Part shown: positions 11,256-22,354 of the stretch, one piece after another
How positions within the stretch are numbered: position 1 is the stretch's first letter
How the letters are laid out: the number at the start of each line of letters is the position of its first letter
Source of the DNA: Escherichia coli
Lineage (GTDB): Bacteria > Pseudomonadota > Gammaproteobacteria > Enterobacterales > Enterobacteriaceae
Strand: one strand, 5' to 3'
Length of the DNA stretch: 64,000 nt
Assembly (NCBI RefSeq): GCF_003018255.1
Contig: NZ_CP027440.1
The notes under the pieces: generated by a model
Seen by the model: only the letters and a program-made list of their open reading frames with translations
Told to the model about the DNA's origin: nothing
The model's database searches: none
Made by a program: the position numbers and the translations under genes

Positions 11256-13217
11256 GTGACCGTATCTTCTCATCGACTTGAACTGTTAAGCCCGGCACGC
11301 GATGCCGCCATTGCCCGCGAAGCTATTTTGCACGGTGCCGATGCTGTTTATATCGGCGGCCCTGGTTTTGGTGCCCGTCATAATGCCAGTAATAGCCTGA
11401 AAGATATTGCCGAACTGGTGCCATTTGCCCATCGTTATGGTGCAAAAATTTTCGTCACGCTTAACACCATTTTGCATGATGATGAGCTGGAACCTGCGCA
11501 ACGGCTGATTACCGACCTCTACCAGACCGGCGTCGACGCGCTGATTGTTCAGGATATGGGGATTCTGGAACTTGATATTCCGCCGATTGAACTGCACGCC
11601 AGTACGCAGTGCGACATTCGTACAGTAGAAAAAGCGAAGTTCCTCTCTGATGTTGGCTTCACGCAGATTGTGCTGGCGCGAGAGCTGAATCTTGAGCAGA
11701 TCCGCGCGATTCACCAGGCCACGGACGCGACCATTGAATTCTTTATTCATGGCGCACTGTGCGTGGCCTATTCGGGTCAGTGCTACATTTCTCATGCGCA
11801 AACAGGGCGTAGCGCCAACCGTGGCGATTGCTCGCAGGCGTGCCGTTTACCATACACATTGAAAGACGATCAGGGGCGGGTGGTTTCCTATGAAAAACAT
11901 CTGCTGTCGATGAAAGATAACGATCAGACTGCCAACCTCGGCGCGCTGATTGATGCTGGCGTACGCTCCTTCAAGATTGAAGGGCGTTACAAAGATATGA
12001 GCTACGTGAAGAATATCACCGCCCATTATCGCCAGATGCTGGATGCCATTATTGAAGAACGTGGCGATCTGACGCGTGCTTCATCAGGTCGTACTGAACA
12101 TTTCTTTGTTCCATCGACGGAAAAGACTTTCCACCGTGGTAGCACAGATTATTTTGTGAATGCCCGTAAAGGCGATATTGGCGCGTTCGATTCGCCGAAA
12201 TTTATCGGCCTGCCGGTGGGTGAAGTATTGAAAGTGGCGAAAGATCATCTCGATGTTGCCGTTACCGAGCCACTGGCAAATGGCGATGGCCTGAACGTGA
12301 TGATTAAACGTGAAGTCGTCGGCTTTCGTGCCAATACGGTCGAGAAAACCGGAGAAAATCAGTACCGCGTCTGGCCCAATGAAATGCCAGCAGAGTTGCA
12401 CAAAATTCGCCCGCATCACCCACTAAACCGTAATCTTGATCATAACTGGCAGCAGGCACTGACAAAAACCTCCAGCGAACGTCGGGTGGCGGTAGACATT
12501 GAACTGGGCGGCTGGCAGGAACAACTGATTCTGACCCTCACCAGTGAAGAGGGTGTCAGCATCACGCATACGCTGGACGGGCAGTTCGACGAAGCCAATA
12601 ACGCCGAAAAAGCAATGAACAATCTAAAGGATGGTCTGGCAAAACTGGGGCAAACCATCTATTACGCCCGCGATGTGCAAATTAATTTGCCGGGTGCGCT
12701 GTTTGTACCAAACAGTCTGTTAAACCAGTTCCGCCGTGAAGCCGCCGACATGCTAGATGCTGCGCGTCTTGCCAGTTACCAGCGCGGCAGCCGTAAACCG
12801 GTTGCTGATCCTGCGCCGGTTTATCCGCAAACGCATTTGAGTTTCCTCGCGAACGTTTACAACCAGAAAGCGCGTGAATTTTATCATCGCTATGGTGTGC
12901 AACTGATTGATGCGGCGTATGAAGCGCATGAAGAGAAGGGCGAAGTCCCGGTGATGATCACTAAGCATTGTCTGCGCTTTGCCTTCAATCTGTGCCCGAA
13001 ACAGGCGAAAGGCAATATCAAAAGCTGGAAGGCGACGCCAATGCAACTGGTTAACGGCGATGAAGTATTAACGCTAAAGTTTGATTGCCGCCCATGCGAG
13101 ATGCACGTCATTGGCAAAATCAAAAATCACATACTGAAAATGCCGTTACCGGGAAGCGTAGTGGCATCCGTAAGTCCGGATGAGCTGCTGAAAACTTTAC
13201 CGAAGCGAAAAGGGTAA
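11256..13217 (+). CDS. rlhA: Peptidase U32-family protein; 23S rRNA 5-hydroxycytidine synthase RlhA (YdcP)
   Basis: ORF 11214..13217 (GTG); start set at GTG 11256 to give 653 aa; alternative start 11214 possible. Confidence 0.8.
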   Translation: MTVSSHRLELLSPARDAAIAREAILHGADAVYIGGPGFGARHNASNSLKDIAELVPFAHRYGAKIFVTLNTILHDDELEPAQRLITDLYQTGVDALIVQDMGILELDIPPIELHASTQCDIRTVEKAKFLSDVGFTQIVLARELNLEQIRAIHQATDATIEFFIHGALCVAYSGQCYISHAQTGRSANRGDCSQACRLPYTLKDDQGRVVSYEKHLLSMKDNDQTANLGALIDAGVRSFKIEGRYKDMSYVKNITAHYRQMLDAIIEERGDLTRASSGRTEHFFVPSTEKTFHRGSTDYFVNARKGDIGAFDSPKFIGLPVGEVLKVAKDHLDVAVTEPLANGDGLNVMIKREVVGFRANTVEKTGENQYRVWPNEMPAELHKIRPHHPLNRNLDHNWQQALTKTSSERRVAVDIELGGWQEQLILTLTSEEGVSITHTLDGQFDEANNAEKAMNNLKDGLAKLGQTIYYARDVQINLPGALFVPNSLLNQFRREAADMLDAARLASYQRGSRKPVADPAPVYPQTHLSFLANVYNQKAREFYHRYGVQLIDAAYEAHEEKGEVPVMITKHCLRFAFNLCPKQAKGNIKSWKATPMQLVNGDEVLTLKFDCRPCEMHVIGKIKNHILKMPLPGSVVASVSPDELLKTLPKRKG

Positions 13218-13308
13218 AACGCCAGTTTTCTGGTTACTCACAACTCATCAAATCTGCATGATATTGCCTGCCGGGTAAGGCGTCATGCCGCATCCGGCAA
13301 CAAATGAC

Positions 13309-13539
13309 TCAACGATGTCCCGCTTCTGGTTTGCGCGATTTTTGCCAGTAAAAATGCTCGCGCAAACCTTCCGCCGACTCTTCCGCCACAGCACGCAATT
13401 CATCGCTGTCCGCTTCATGACGCAGCTGATGATCCACATTCTTTACCCACATAAATTCATGTCCTTTGTGCCCTGCCATGAGTTGTCCTGAGAACAGTGC
13501 ACACGTTAATAAGACAACCGATAACGCCTTCGTAAACAT
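13309..13539 (-). CDS. yncJ: Small secreted protein (DUF2554)
   Basis: 76-aa ORF with N-terminal signal peptide; convergent with rlhA. Confidence 0.75.
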   Translation of the reverse strand: MFTKALSVVLLTCALFSGQLMAGHKGHEFMWVKNVDHQLRHEADSDELRAVAEESAEGLREHFYWQKSRKPEAGHR

Positions 13540-13760
13540 CCTGCCACCTTTTTCTTACCTTTTGTCGCTATGATGCCGATCGTTTCTTGAGGTTATTATT
13601 CAGTTTTGCAAATTAGCGCAAAGAAATTCTGGAATCTTCCTTCCTGATTTTGCATTGCATTCTGCCGTTGCGGCGATTTAGTGCTATTTTCGAGCAAATT
13701 ACACACGGAGGTAAACACTAATGTTTACTTTGTTGATATACTCAGCGGCAGGGAGGCGAT

Positions 13761-13937
13761 GTGAAACAAAGCGAGTTCAGACGTTGGCTCGAATCTCAGG
13801 GCGTCGATGTGGCGAATGGCAGCAACCATTTGAAACTCAGGTTTCAAGGGCGACGCAGTGTCATGCCGCGTCACCCCAGTGATGAGATAAAAGAACCATT
13901 GCGTAAAGCAATCCTGAAGCAACTCGGTTTAAATTAA
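13761..13937 (+). CDS. hicA: HicA mRNA interferase toxin (type II TA)
   Basis: 58-aa GTG-initiated ORF (VKQSEFRRWLESQGV...LKQLGLN) translated by hand; below ORF-track length cutoff; immediately upstream of hicB. Confidence 0.8.
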   Translation: MKQSEFRRWLESQGVDVANGSNHLKLRFQGRRSVMPRHPSDEIKEPLRKAILKQLGLN

Positions 13938-13959
13938 TCGCCATAAGAAGGTTAATGAC

Positions 13960-14397
13960 ATGCGAGAGACAGTCAAAATTATGCGTTATCCCGTCACTCT
14001 TACTCCTGCGCCGGAAGGCGGTTATGTGGTTTCTTTTGTAGATATCCCTGAAGCGTTGACGCAGGGAGAAACTGTTGCTGAAGCGATGGAAGCAGCAAAA
14101 GATGCCTTACTCACCGCATTTGATTTTTATTTTGAAGATAATGAGCTAATCCCGTTGCCTTCGCCATTAACTAACAACGATCACTTTATTGAAGTGCCTT
14201 TAAGTATCGCCTCTAAAGTATTGCTGTTAAATGCTTTTTTACAGTCAGAAATCACTCAGCAAGAGTTAGCCAGACGAATTGGCAAACCTAAACAGGAGAT
14301 TACTCGCTTATTTAACTTGCACCATGCTACAAAAATCGACGCCGTCCAGCTTGCGGCTAAGGCGCTTGGCAAAGAGTTATCACTGGTGATGGTTTGA
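13960..14397 (+). CDS. hicB: HicB antitoxin (N-terminal RNase H-like fold, C-terminal HTH)
   Basis: 145-aa ORF 23 nt downstream of hicA; alternative start at 13981 (138 aa). Confidence 0.85.
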   Translation: MRETVKIMRYPVTLTPAPEGGYVVSFVDIPEALTQGETVAEAMEAAKDALLTAFDFYFEDNELIPLPSPLTNNDHFIEVPLSIASKVLLLNAFLQSEITQQELARRIGKPKQEITRLFNLHHATKIDAVQLAAKALGKELSLVMV

Positions 14398-14475
14398 TAA
14401 CAGTTAATGAAAAGTTGTCATTTTTAACAACTGATATAGACTGCCGAATCATCTGCACATAATTACGATTCGATA

Positions 14476-15882
14476 ATGAAAAAATACCAGCAGCTTGCAG
14501 AACAATTACGCGAGCAGATTGCGTCGGGTATCTGGCAACCTGGCGATCGTTTGCCTTCGTTGCGTGACCAGGTGGCGCTTTCTGGCATGAGCTTTATGAC
14601 TGTCAGCCATGCCTATCAGTTGCTCGAAAGTCAGGGACATATTATCGCGCGACCGCAGTCGGGTTATTACGTTGCGACACAGGCAATAAAAATGCCGAAA
14701 GCGCCAGTCATTCCAGTCACTCGAGATGAAGCAGTCGATATCAACACCTATATTTTTGATATGTTGCAGGCCAGTCGCGATCCGTCGGTAGTTCCGTTTG
14801 CCTCGGCCTTTCCCGACCCGCGACTTTTCCCCCTCCAACAACTCAACCGCTCGCTGGCACAGGTAAGCAAAACCGCCACGGCGATGAGCGTGATTGAAAA
14901 CTTACCGCCAGGAAACGCTGAACTGCGTCAGGCTATAGCTCGTCGCTATGCCTTACAGGGCATCACCATTTCACCCGATGAAATTGTCATTACTGCCGGG
15001 GCGTTAGAGGCATTAAACCTCAGTTTACAAGCGGTCACTGAACCGGGCGATTGGGTGATAGTAGAGAATCCTTGTTTCTACGGTGCGTTGCAGGCGCTGG
15101 AGCGGTTACGGCTGAAGGCGTTATCGGTGGCGACGGACGTTAAAGAAGGGATTGATCTCAAGGCGCTGGAACTGGCGTTGCAGGAGTATCCGGTGAAAGC
15201 GTGCTGGCTGATGACTAATAGCCAGAATCCACTCGGATTTACCTTAACGCCGCAGAAAAAAGCGCGGCTGGTAGCGTTGCTCAATCAGTACAACGTAACG
15301 CTGATTGAAGATGACGTTTACAGCGAACTTTATTTTGGACGGGAAAAACCGCTGCCTGCGAAAGCGTGGGATCGCCACGATGGTGTTTTGCATTGCTCTT
15401 CGTTTTCGAAATGTCTGGTGCCTGGTTTTCGTATTGGTTGGGTCGCCGCCGGAAAACATGCACGTAAAATTCAACGCTTGCAGTTGATGAGTACGCTTTC
15501 CACCAGCTCACCGATGCAGCTTGCGCTGGTGGATTACCTTTCCACGCGCCGATACGACGCCCATCTTCGTCGCCTGCGTCGCCAGCTTGCGGAACGTAAA
15601 CAACGTGCCTGGCAAGCACTGCTGCGTTATCTGCCTGCGGAAGTGAAAATTCATCATAATGACAGCGGTTATTTTCTCTGGCTGGAGCTCCCCGAGCCGT
15701 TAGATGCGGGCGAATTAAGCCTGGCAGCACTGACGCATCATATCAGTATTGCGCCGGGTAAAATGTTTTCTACCGGTGAAAACTGGTCACGTTTTTTCCG
15801 TTTTAATACCGCGTGGCAGTGGGGAGAACGTGAAGAACAGGCGGTTAAACAATTAGGCAAACTTATTCAAGAACGGCTGTAA
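14476..15882 (+). CDS. ydcR: MocR/GntR-family regulator with fused aminotransferase (PLP) domain
   Basis: 468-aa ORF; N-terminal winged HTH plus class-I aminotransferase-like domain. Confidence 0.85.
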   Translation: MKKYQQLAEQLREQIASGIWQPGDRLPSLRDQVALSGMSFMTVSHAYQLLESQGHIIARPQSGYYVATQAIKMPKAPVIPVTRDEAVDINTYIFDMLQASRDPSVVPFASAFPDPRLFPLQQLNRSLAQVSKTATAMSVIENLPPGNAELRQAIARRYALQGITISPDEIVITAGALEALNLSLQAVTEPGDWVIVENPCFYGALQALERLRLKALSVATDVKEGIDLKALELALQEYPVKACWLMTNSQNPLGFTLTPQKKARLVALLNQYNVTLIEDDVYSELYFGREKPLPAKAWDRHDGVLHCSSFSKCLVPGFRIGWVAAGKHARKIQRLQLMSTLSTSSPMQLALVDYLSTRRYDAHLRRLRRQLAERKQRAWQALLRYLPAEVKIHHNDSGYFLWLELPEPLDAGELSLAALTHHISIAPGKMFSTGENWSRFFRFNTAWQWGEREEQAVKQLGKLIQERL

Positions 15883-16126
15883 TAGCGTTTAATTAAATTC
15901 CTCTCAGGTTGGGTAATATGAATTTCGAATAGCAGTCATATTTCCTAACTCCTTGTCTATACTCCAGAAGATAACCTTACATACGGCATAATGCGCGGTA
16001 GCTCACAACCTGATTAAATTTTCTCAGGGGCGAAGGTGTGCCTGCTAGCCGCCGTCTATGGTTAAACAAGGAGATATTTTTACGGCACGGCGGCTGAACA
16101 ATTAATTACGACAGGAGTAAGACTTT

Positions 16127-17272
16127 ATGAGCAAGACATTTGCCCGCAGCAGCCTGTGTGCGCTCACCATGACAATAATGACCGCTCACGCCGCCGAACC
16201 ACCTACCAATTTAGATAAACCGGAAGGGCGACTGGATATTATCGCCTGGCCGGGATACATCGAACGCGGACAAACTGATAAACAATACGACTGGGTAACG
16301 CAATTCGAAAAAGAGACAGGCTGCGCGGTGAATGTTAAAACCGCCGCGACTTCCGATGAAATGGTCAGTCTGATGGCCAAAGGGGGTTACGATCTGGTTA
16401 CGGCATCCGGCGATGCCTCGCTGCGTTTGATTATGGGTAAACGCGTGCAGCCAATTAATACCGCCTTGATTCCCAACTGGAAAGCGCTCGATCCGCGCGT
16501 GGTTAAAGGCGACTGGTTTAACGTTGGCGGCAAAGTTTACGGCACACCTTACCAATGGGGGCCGAACCTGCTGATGTACAACACTAAAACCTTCCCGACG
16601 CCGCCGGATAGCTGGCAAGTGGTTTTTGTTGAGCAGAATCTGCCGGACGGCAAGAGCAATAAAGGCCGCGTTCAGGCTTATGATGGCCCTATCTACATTG
16701 CGGACGCTGCGTTGTTCGTTAAAGCCACTCAGCCGCAGTTGGGCATCCGCGATCCGTATCAACTCACCGAAGAACAGTATCAGGCGGTACTGAAAGTGAT
16801 GCGCGATCAACATAGTTTGATCCATCGCTACTGGCATGACACTACCGTGCAAATGAGCGATTTCAAAAACGAGGGTGTGGTTGCTTCCAGTGCATGGCCC
16901 TATCAGGCCAACGCCCTGAAAGCCGAAGGCCAGCCTGTCGCTACCGTTTTCCCGAAGGAGGGCGTTACCGGTTGGGCTGACACCACCATGCTACATAGCG
17001 AAGCGAAACATCCGGTTTGCGCCTACAAATGGATGAGCTGGTCATTAACGCCAAAAGTGCAGGGTGATGTGGCGGCCTGGTTTGGCTCGTTACCAGTAGT
17101 GCCGCAAGGGTGTAAAGCCAGTCCGTTATTAGGTGAAAAAGGTTGTGAAACCAACGGTTTTAACTATTTCGATAAAATCGCCTTCTGGAAAACGCCTATA
17201 GCAGAAGGGGGCAAGTTTGTTCCCTACAGTCGCTGGACGCAGGATTACATTGCCATTATGGGCGGTCGCTAA
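16127..17272 (+). CDS. ydcS: ABC transporter periplasmic substrate-binding protein (polyamine-type)
   Basis: 381-aa ORF with signal peptide; first gene of ydcSTUV-patD cluster. Confidence 0.85.
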   Translation: MSKTFARSSLCALTMTIMTAHAAEPPTNLDKPEGRLDIIAWPGYIERGQTDKQYDWVTQFEKETGCAVNVKTAATSDEMVSLMAKGGYDLVTASGDASLRLIMGKRVQPINTALIPNWKALDPRVVKGDWFNVGGKVYGTPYQWGPNLLMYNTKTFPTPPDSWQVVFVEQNLPDGKSNKGRVQAYDGPIYIADAALFVKATQPQLGIRDPYQLTEEQYQAVLKVMRDQHSLIHRYWHDTTVQMSDFKNEGVVASSAWPYQANALKAEGQPVATVFPKEGVTGWADTTMLHSEAKHPVCAYKWMSWSLTPKVQGDVAAWFGSLPVVPQGCKASPLLGEKGCETNGFNYFDKIAFWKTPIAEGGKFVPYSRWTQDYIAIMGGR

Positions 17273-17289
17273 CTTCGCTGGGGTGTTTT

Positions 17290-18303
17290 ATGACGTACGC
17301 AGTGGAGTTTGACAACGTCTCACGGTTGTACGGTGACGTGCGCGCAGTAGATGGCGTCAGTATTGCGATAAAAGATGGTGAGTTCTTCTCTATGCTGGGG
17401 CCGTCCGGCTCCGGCAAAACCACCTGCCTGCGCCTGATTGCTGGCTTCGAACAGCTTTCCGGCGGGGCTATCTCTATCTTTGGTAAATCCGCCAGCAATC
17501 TGCCACCGTGGGAGCGGGATGTTAATACCGTCTTCCAGGACTACGCACTTTTTCCGCATATGTCGATTCTTGACAACGTGGCCTATGGGCTGATGGTCAA
17601 AGGCGTGGATAAAAAACAGCGATATGCTATGGCGCAAGAAGCGCTGGAGAAAGTGGCGCTTGGTTTTGTTCAGCAACGTAAGCCGTCACAGCTTTCTGGT
17701 GGTCAGCGCCAGCGGGTTGCTATCGCCAGAGCATTGGTGAATGAACCGCGCGTATTGCTGTTGGATGAACCGCTCGGCGCACTGGATCTCAAATTGCGTG
17801 AGCAGATGCAGCTGGAACTGAAAAAACTGCAACAGTCTCTCGGTATCACTTTTATCTTCGTTACCCACGATCAGGGCGAAGCGTTATCGATGTCCGATCG
17901 TGTGGCGGTTTTCAATAATGGACGCATTGAGCAGGTCGATTCCCCTCGTGATCTCTATATGCGCCCGCGCACGCCGTTTGTTGCCGGGTTCGTCGGGACA
18001 TCGAATGTTTTTGATGCACTGATGGCAGACAAACTTTGTGGCATGACGGGAAGCTTCGCCCTGCGACCGGAACATATCCGCTTCAACATCCCCGGCGAAG
18101 TGCAGGCTAATGGCACGATCCAGGCGGTGCAGTATCAGGGCGCGGCGACCCGTTTTGAACTGAGACTGAACGGCGGTGAAAAACTGCTGGTGAGTCAGGC
18201 CAATATGACAGGCGAAGAACTGCCCGCCACGCTCACGCCCGGACAACAGGTGATGGTTTCCTGGTCGCGTGATGTGATGGTACCGCTGGTTGAGGAGAGG
18301 TGA
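17290..18303 (+). CDS. ydcT: ABC transporter ATP-binding protein
   Basis: 337-aa ORF; Walker A GPSGSGKTT, signature LSGGQRQR, Walker B LLLDEP. Confidence 0.9.
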   Translation: MTYAVEFDNVSRLYGDVRAVDGVSIAIKDGEFFSMLGPSGSGKTTCLRLIAGFEQLSGGAISIFGKSASNLPPWERDVNTVFQDYALFPHMSILDNVAYGLMVKGVDKKQRYAMAQEALEKVALGFVQQRKPSQLSGGQRQRVAIARALVNEPRVLLLDEPLGALDLKLREQMQLELKKLQQSLGITFIFVTHDQGEALSMSDRVAVFNNGRIEQVDSPRDLYMRPRTPFVAGFVGTSNVFDALMADKLCGMTGSFALRPEHIRFNIPGEVQANGTIQAVQYQGAATRFELRLNGGEKLLVSQANMTGEELPATLTPGQQVMVSWSRDVMVPLVEER

Positions 18304-19245
18304 ATGGCGATGAACGTATTGCAATCACCTTCACGTCCAGGTCTGGGTAAGGTGTCCGGTTTCTTCTGGGGTAATCCGGGGCTGGGGCTGTTTTTACTGC
18401 TGCTTGGCCCGCTAATGTGGTTTGGCATTGTCTATTTCGGCTCGCTGCTGACACTGTTATGGCAGGGATTTTATACCTTTGACGATTTCACCATGTCGGT
18501 AACGCCGGAACTGACGCTGGCGAATATCCGTGCGCTGTTTAATCCGGCGAATTACGACATCATTCTCCGCACGCTGATTATGGCTGTGGCAGTCACTATC
18601 GCCAGCGCCATTCTGGCTTTTCCAATGGCGTGGTATATGGCGCGCTATACCAGCGGGAAAATGAAAGCGTTTTTTTATATCGCGGTAATGTTGCCGATGT
18701 GGGCGAGCTACATTGTGAAAGCCTATGCCTGGACGTTATTGCTGGCAAAAGATGGCGTGGCGCAGTGGTTTTTACAACATCTGGGGCTGGAACCACTGCT
18801 GACTGCGTTCCTAACGCTACCGGCGGTGGGAGGTAATACGCTGTCAACTTCCGGGCTGGGGCGCTTTCTGGTGTTTCTCTATATCTGGTTGCCGTTCATG
18901 ATCCTCCCGGTGCAGGCGGCGCTTGAGCGTTTGCCGCCGTCATTGTTGCAGGCGTCAGCTGATCTCGGCGCACGTCCACGACAAACCTTTCGCTATGTGG
19001 TGCTGCCGCTGGCAATCCCGGGTATTGCCGCTGGCTCTATCTTTACCTTCTCACTCACGCTGGGCGATTTTATTGTCCCGCAGCTGGTTGGCCCTCCAGG
19101 ATATTTTATCGGCAATATGGTTTATTCCCAGCAGGGGGCGATTGGCAATATGCCGATGGCGGCGGCATTCACCCTAGTGCCGATTGTACTCATCGCACTT
19201 TACCTGGCGTTCGTGAAACGTCTGGGAGCGTTCGATGCACTCTGA
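18304..19245 (+). CDS. ydcU: ABC transporter permease
   Basis: 313-aa hydrophobic ORF starting immediately after ydcT stop. Confidence 0.85.
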   Translation: MAMNVLQSPSRPGLGKVSGFFWGNPGLGLFLLLLGPLMWFGIVYFGSLLTLLWQGFYTFDDFTMSVTPELTLANIRALFNPANYDIILRTLIMAVAVTIASAILAFPMAWYMARYTSGKMKAFFYIAVMLPMWASYIVKAYAWTLLLAKDGVAQWFLQHLGLEPLLTAFLTLPAVGGNTLSTSGLGRFLVFLYIWLPFMILPVQAALERLPPSLLQASADLGARPRQTFRYVVLPLAIPGIAAGSIFTFSLTLGDFIVPQLVGPPGYFIGNMVYSQQGAIGNMPMAAAFTLVPIVLIALYLAFVKRLGAFDAL

Positions 19246-20029
19246 ACGCGCACCGTTTTTCCTCAAACTGGCGGCCTGGGGCGGCGTGGTTTTCTTACAT
19301 TTTCCCATTCTGATTATCGCCGTTTATGCGTTTAACACTGAAGATGCGGCGTTTAGTTTTCCACCGCAAGGCCTGACGCTGCGCTGGTTTAGCGTGGCAG
19401 CACAGCGTAGTGATATTCTTGATGCCGTGACACTGTCACTTAAAGTGGCGGCGCTGGCGACATTAATCGCGCTGGTGTTAGGGACGCTGGCCGCTGCCGC
19501 GCTGTGGCGACGAGACTTTTTCGGCAAAAACGCCATTTCGCTGTTACTGCTGCTGCCCATTGCGCTGCCGGGCATTGTCACTGGTCTGGCGTTATTAACC
19601 GCCTTTAAAACCATCAATCTGGAGCCGGGATTTTTCACCATCGTGGTCGGTCATGCGACTTTTTGTGTAGTGGTGGTCTTTAACAATGTCATCGCCCGTT
19701 TTCGCCGCACCTCGTGGAGTCTGGTTGAGGCGTCAATGGATCTTGGGGCTAATGGCTGGCAAACCTTCCGCTACGTAGTGTTGCCGAATCTCAGTTCGGC
19801 GTTACTGGCAGGAGGAATGCTGGCGTTTGCCTTGTCGTTCGATGAAATCATCGTTACGACCTTTACGGCAGGTCATGAACGAACGTTACCGTTGTGGTTG
19901 CTCAATCAGCTTGGGCGACCGCGTGATGTACCGGTAACTAACGTGGTGGCACTGCTGGTTATGTTGGTAACAACCTTGCCGATCCTGGGGGCCTGGTGGC
20001 TAACCCGCGAAGGCGACAATGGTCAATAA
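19235..20029 (+). CDS. ydcV: ABC transporter permease
   Basis: 264-aa hydrophobic ORF overlapping ydcU by 11 nt. Confidence 0.85.
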   Translation: MHSERAPFFLKLAAWGGVVFLHFPILIIAVYAFNTEDAAFSFPPQGLTLRWFSVAAQRSDILDAVTLSLKVAALATLIALVLGTLAAAALWRRDFFGKNAISLLLLLPIALPGIVTGLALLTAFKTINLEPGFFTIVVGHATFCVVVVFNNVIARFRRTSWSLVEASMDLGANGWQTFRYVVLPNLSSALLAGGMLAFALSFDEIIVTTFTAGHERTLPLWLLNQLGRPRDVPVTNVVALLVMLVTTLPILGAWWLTREGDNGQ

Positions 20030-20050
20030 CCACTGATACAGGAATATGCT

Positions 20051-21475
20051 ATGCAACATAAGTTACTGATTAACGGAGAACTGGTTAGCGGCGAAGGGGA
20101 AAAACAGCCTGTCTATAATCCGGCAACGGGGGACGTTTTACTGGAGATTGCCGAGGCATCCGCAGAGCAGGTCGATGCTGCTGTTCGCGCGGCAGATGCA
20201 GCATTTGCCGAATGGGGGCAAACCACGCCGAAAGTGCGTGCGGAATGTCTGCTGAAACTGGCTGATGTTATCGAAGAAAATGGTCAGGTTTTTGCCGAAC
20301 TGGAGTCCCGTAATTGTGGCAAACCGCTGCATAGTGCGTTCAATGATGAAATCCCGGCGATTGTCGATGTTTTTCGCTTTTTCGCTGGTGCGGCGCGCTG
20401 TCTGAATGGTCTGGCGGCAGGTGAATATCTTGAAGGTCATACTTCGATGATCCGTCGCGATCCGTTGGGGGTCGTGGCTTCTATCGCACCGTGGAATTAT
20501 CCGCTGATGATGGCTGCGTGGAAACTGGCTCCGGCGCTGGCGGCAGGGAACTGCGTAGTGCTTAAACCATCAGAAATTACCCCGCTGACAGCGTTGAAGT
20601 TGGCAGAGTTGGCGAAAGATATCTTCCCGGCTGGCGTGATTAATGTACTGTTTGGCAGAGGCAAAACGGTGGGCGATCCGCTGACCGGTCATCCCAAAGT
20701 GCGGATGGTGTCGCTGACGGGCTCTATCGCCACTGGGGAACACATCATCAGCCATACCGCGCCGTCCATAAAGCGTACTCATATGGAACTTGGTGGCAAA
20801 GCGCCAGTGATTGTTTTTGATGATGCGGATATTGAGGCAGTGGTCGAAGGTGTACGTACATTTGGCTATTACAATGCCGGACAGGATTGTACTGCGGCTT
20901 GTCGGATCTACGCGCAAAAAGGCATTTACGATACGCTGGTGGAAAAACTGGGTGCTGCGGTGGCAACGTTAAAATCTGGTGCGCCGGATGACGAGTCTAC
21001 GGAGCTTGGACCTTTAAGCTCGCTGGCGCATCTCGAACGCGTCAGCAAGGCAGTAGAAGAGGCGAAAGCGACAGGGCACATCAAAGTGATCACTGGCGGT
21101 GAAAAGCGCAAGGGTAATGGCTATTACTATGCGCCGACGCTGCTGGCTGGCGCATTACAGGACGATGCCATCGTGCAAAAAGAGGTATTTGGTCCAGTAG
21201 TGAGTGTTACACTCTTCGACAACGAAGAACAGGTGGTAAACTGGGCGAATGACAGCCAGTACGGACTTGCATCTTCGGTATGGACGAAAGATGTGGGCAG
21301 GGCGCATCGCGTCAGCGCACGGCTGCAATATGGTTGTACCTGGGTCAATACCCATTTCATGCTGGTAAGTGAAATGCCGCACGGTGGGCAGAAACTTTCT
21401 GGTTACGGCAAGGATATGTCACTTTATGGGCTGGAGGATTACACCGTCGTCCGCCACGTCATGGTTAAACATTAA
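20051..21475 (+). CDS. patD: Gamma-aminobutyraldehyde dehydrogenase (aldehyde dehydrogenase family)
   Basis: 474-aa ORF; ALDH catalytic motifs (ELGGKAP, ...GQDCTAA...). Confidence 0.9.
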   Translation: MQHKLLINGELVSGEGEKQPVYNPATGDVLLEIAEASAEQVDAAVRAADAAFAEWGQTTPKVRAECLLKLADVIEENGQVFAELESRNCGKPLHSAFNDEIPAIVDVFRFFAGAARCLNGLAAGEYLEGHTSMIRRDPLGVVASIAPWNYPLMMAAWKLAPALAAGNCVVLKPSEITPLTALKLAELAKDIFPAGVINVLFGRGKTVGDPLTGHPKVRMVSLTGSIATGEHIISHTAPSIKRTHMELGGKAPVIVFDDADIEAVVEGVRTFGYYNAGQDCTAACRIYAQKGIYDTLVEKLGAAVATLKSGAPDDESTELGPLSSLAHLERVSKAVEEAKATGHIKVITGGEKRKGNGYYYAPTLLAGALQDDAIVQKEVFGPVVSVTLFDNEEQVVNWANDSQYGLASSVWTKDVGRAHRVSARLQYGCTWVNTHFMLVSEMPHGGQKLSGYGKDMSLYGLEDYTVVRHVMVKH

Positions 21476-21515
21476 GGATAATATTGCAGATCGTAAGAGT
21501 ATGAGATGATCTTGC

Positions 21516-21548
21516 GTACTGTCAGAGCACTGATTTCTCTGACAGTAC
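21516..21548. terminator. Perfect 12-bp inverted repeat gtactgtcagag / ctctgacagtac with 9-nt loop between convergent patD and yncL
   Basis: Read directly from sequence; no strong U-run. Confidence 0.4.
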
Positions 21549-21571
21549 GTGCTGCGTGCAAAATCACTACA

Positions 21572-21667
21572 TCAAATAAACCAGCCAAATCTCATAGAGA
21601 TAAGAGTAAACAAACCAACAGCAGCAAAGACATTTATCAGTACTACAGTTCTACTGGAAACATTCAT
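21572..21667 (-). CDS. yncL: Small membrane protein YncL (31 aa)
   Basis: Hand-translated minus-strand ORF MNVSSRTVVLINVFAAVGLFTLISMRFGWFI; below ORF-track cutoff; the overlapping plus-strand ORF 21506..21703 is rejected. Confidence 0.65.
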   Translation of the reverse strand: MNVSSRTVVLINVFAAVGLFTLISMRFGWFI

Positions 21668-21861
21668 TTTTGCCACCTTTTATCATTGCCCCTATGTGTA
21701 TAGTACGGGTTAAGAAAATCCGCAATAATACTCATTCTGAAGATGGATAAGGGCAAGTTGCTGTTTGATGTTTTTTTCTCAAACCGGTTAAAAAACTTGA
21801 TGTACGTCAAAAAATGACGCATATTTGCGCGCGTTTTATTCATCTGGCTGGACGCCCGTAC

Positions 21862-22035
21862 ATGTCTCTCTATCAACACATGCTTGTTTTTTATGCGGTT
21901 ATGGCAGCAATCGCATTTCTTATCACCTGGTTTCTTTCTCACGATAAGAAACGCATCCGTTTCTTAAGCGCCTTTCTGGTGGGGGCAACATGGCCGATGA
22001 GTTTCCCGGTGGCGCTGTTGTTTTCACTGTTTTAA
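21862..22035 (+). CDS. ortT: Small inner-membrane protein OrtT (YdcX)
   Basis: ORF 21814..22035; ATG at 21862 gives 57 aa hydrophobic protein. Confidence 0.7.
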   Translation: MSLYQHMLVFYAVMAAIAFLITWFLSHDKKRIRFLSAFLVGATWPMSFPVALLFSLF

Positions 22036-22120
22036 ATCTTACTCACTGGCTTGACGGCACCACGCAGACTTATATCATTTGGATGAATCGATAAATTTCA
22101 CAAGTGGCTAAGGAGAAAGT

Positions 22121-22354
22121 ATGTCGCATCTGGATGAAGTCATCGCGCGCGTGGATGCCGCGATTGAAGAGAGCGTCATTGCCCATATGAACGAATTATT
22201 AATCGCCCTGAGCGATGATGCGGAGTTAAGTCGGGAAGAACGCTATACCCAGCAGCAGCGTCTTCGCACAGCGATCGCCCATCACGGTCGCAAACATAAA
22301 GAAGATATGGAAGCGCGCCACGAACAGTTAACCAAAGGTGGCACCATCCTCTGA
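22121..22354 (+). CDS. ydcY: Small protein of unknown function
   Basis: 77-aa ORF with GGAG ribosome-binding site. Confidence 0.8.
   Translation: MSHLDEVIARVDAAIEESVIAHMNELLIALSDDAELSREERYTQQQRLRTAIAHHGRKHKEDMEARHEQLTKGGTIL

Noticed and set aside
16211-16852. 213-aa minus-strand ORF inside ydcS
   Set aside because: Antisense to a well-supported periplasmic binding protein gene; no independent support.
21506-21703. 65-aa plus-strand ORF downstream of patD
   Set aside because: No ribosome-binding site; overlaps antisense the better-supported 31-aa yncL and contains the inverted-repeat stem-loop.
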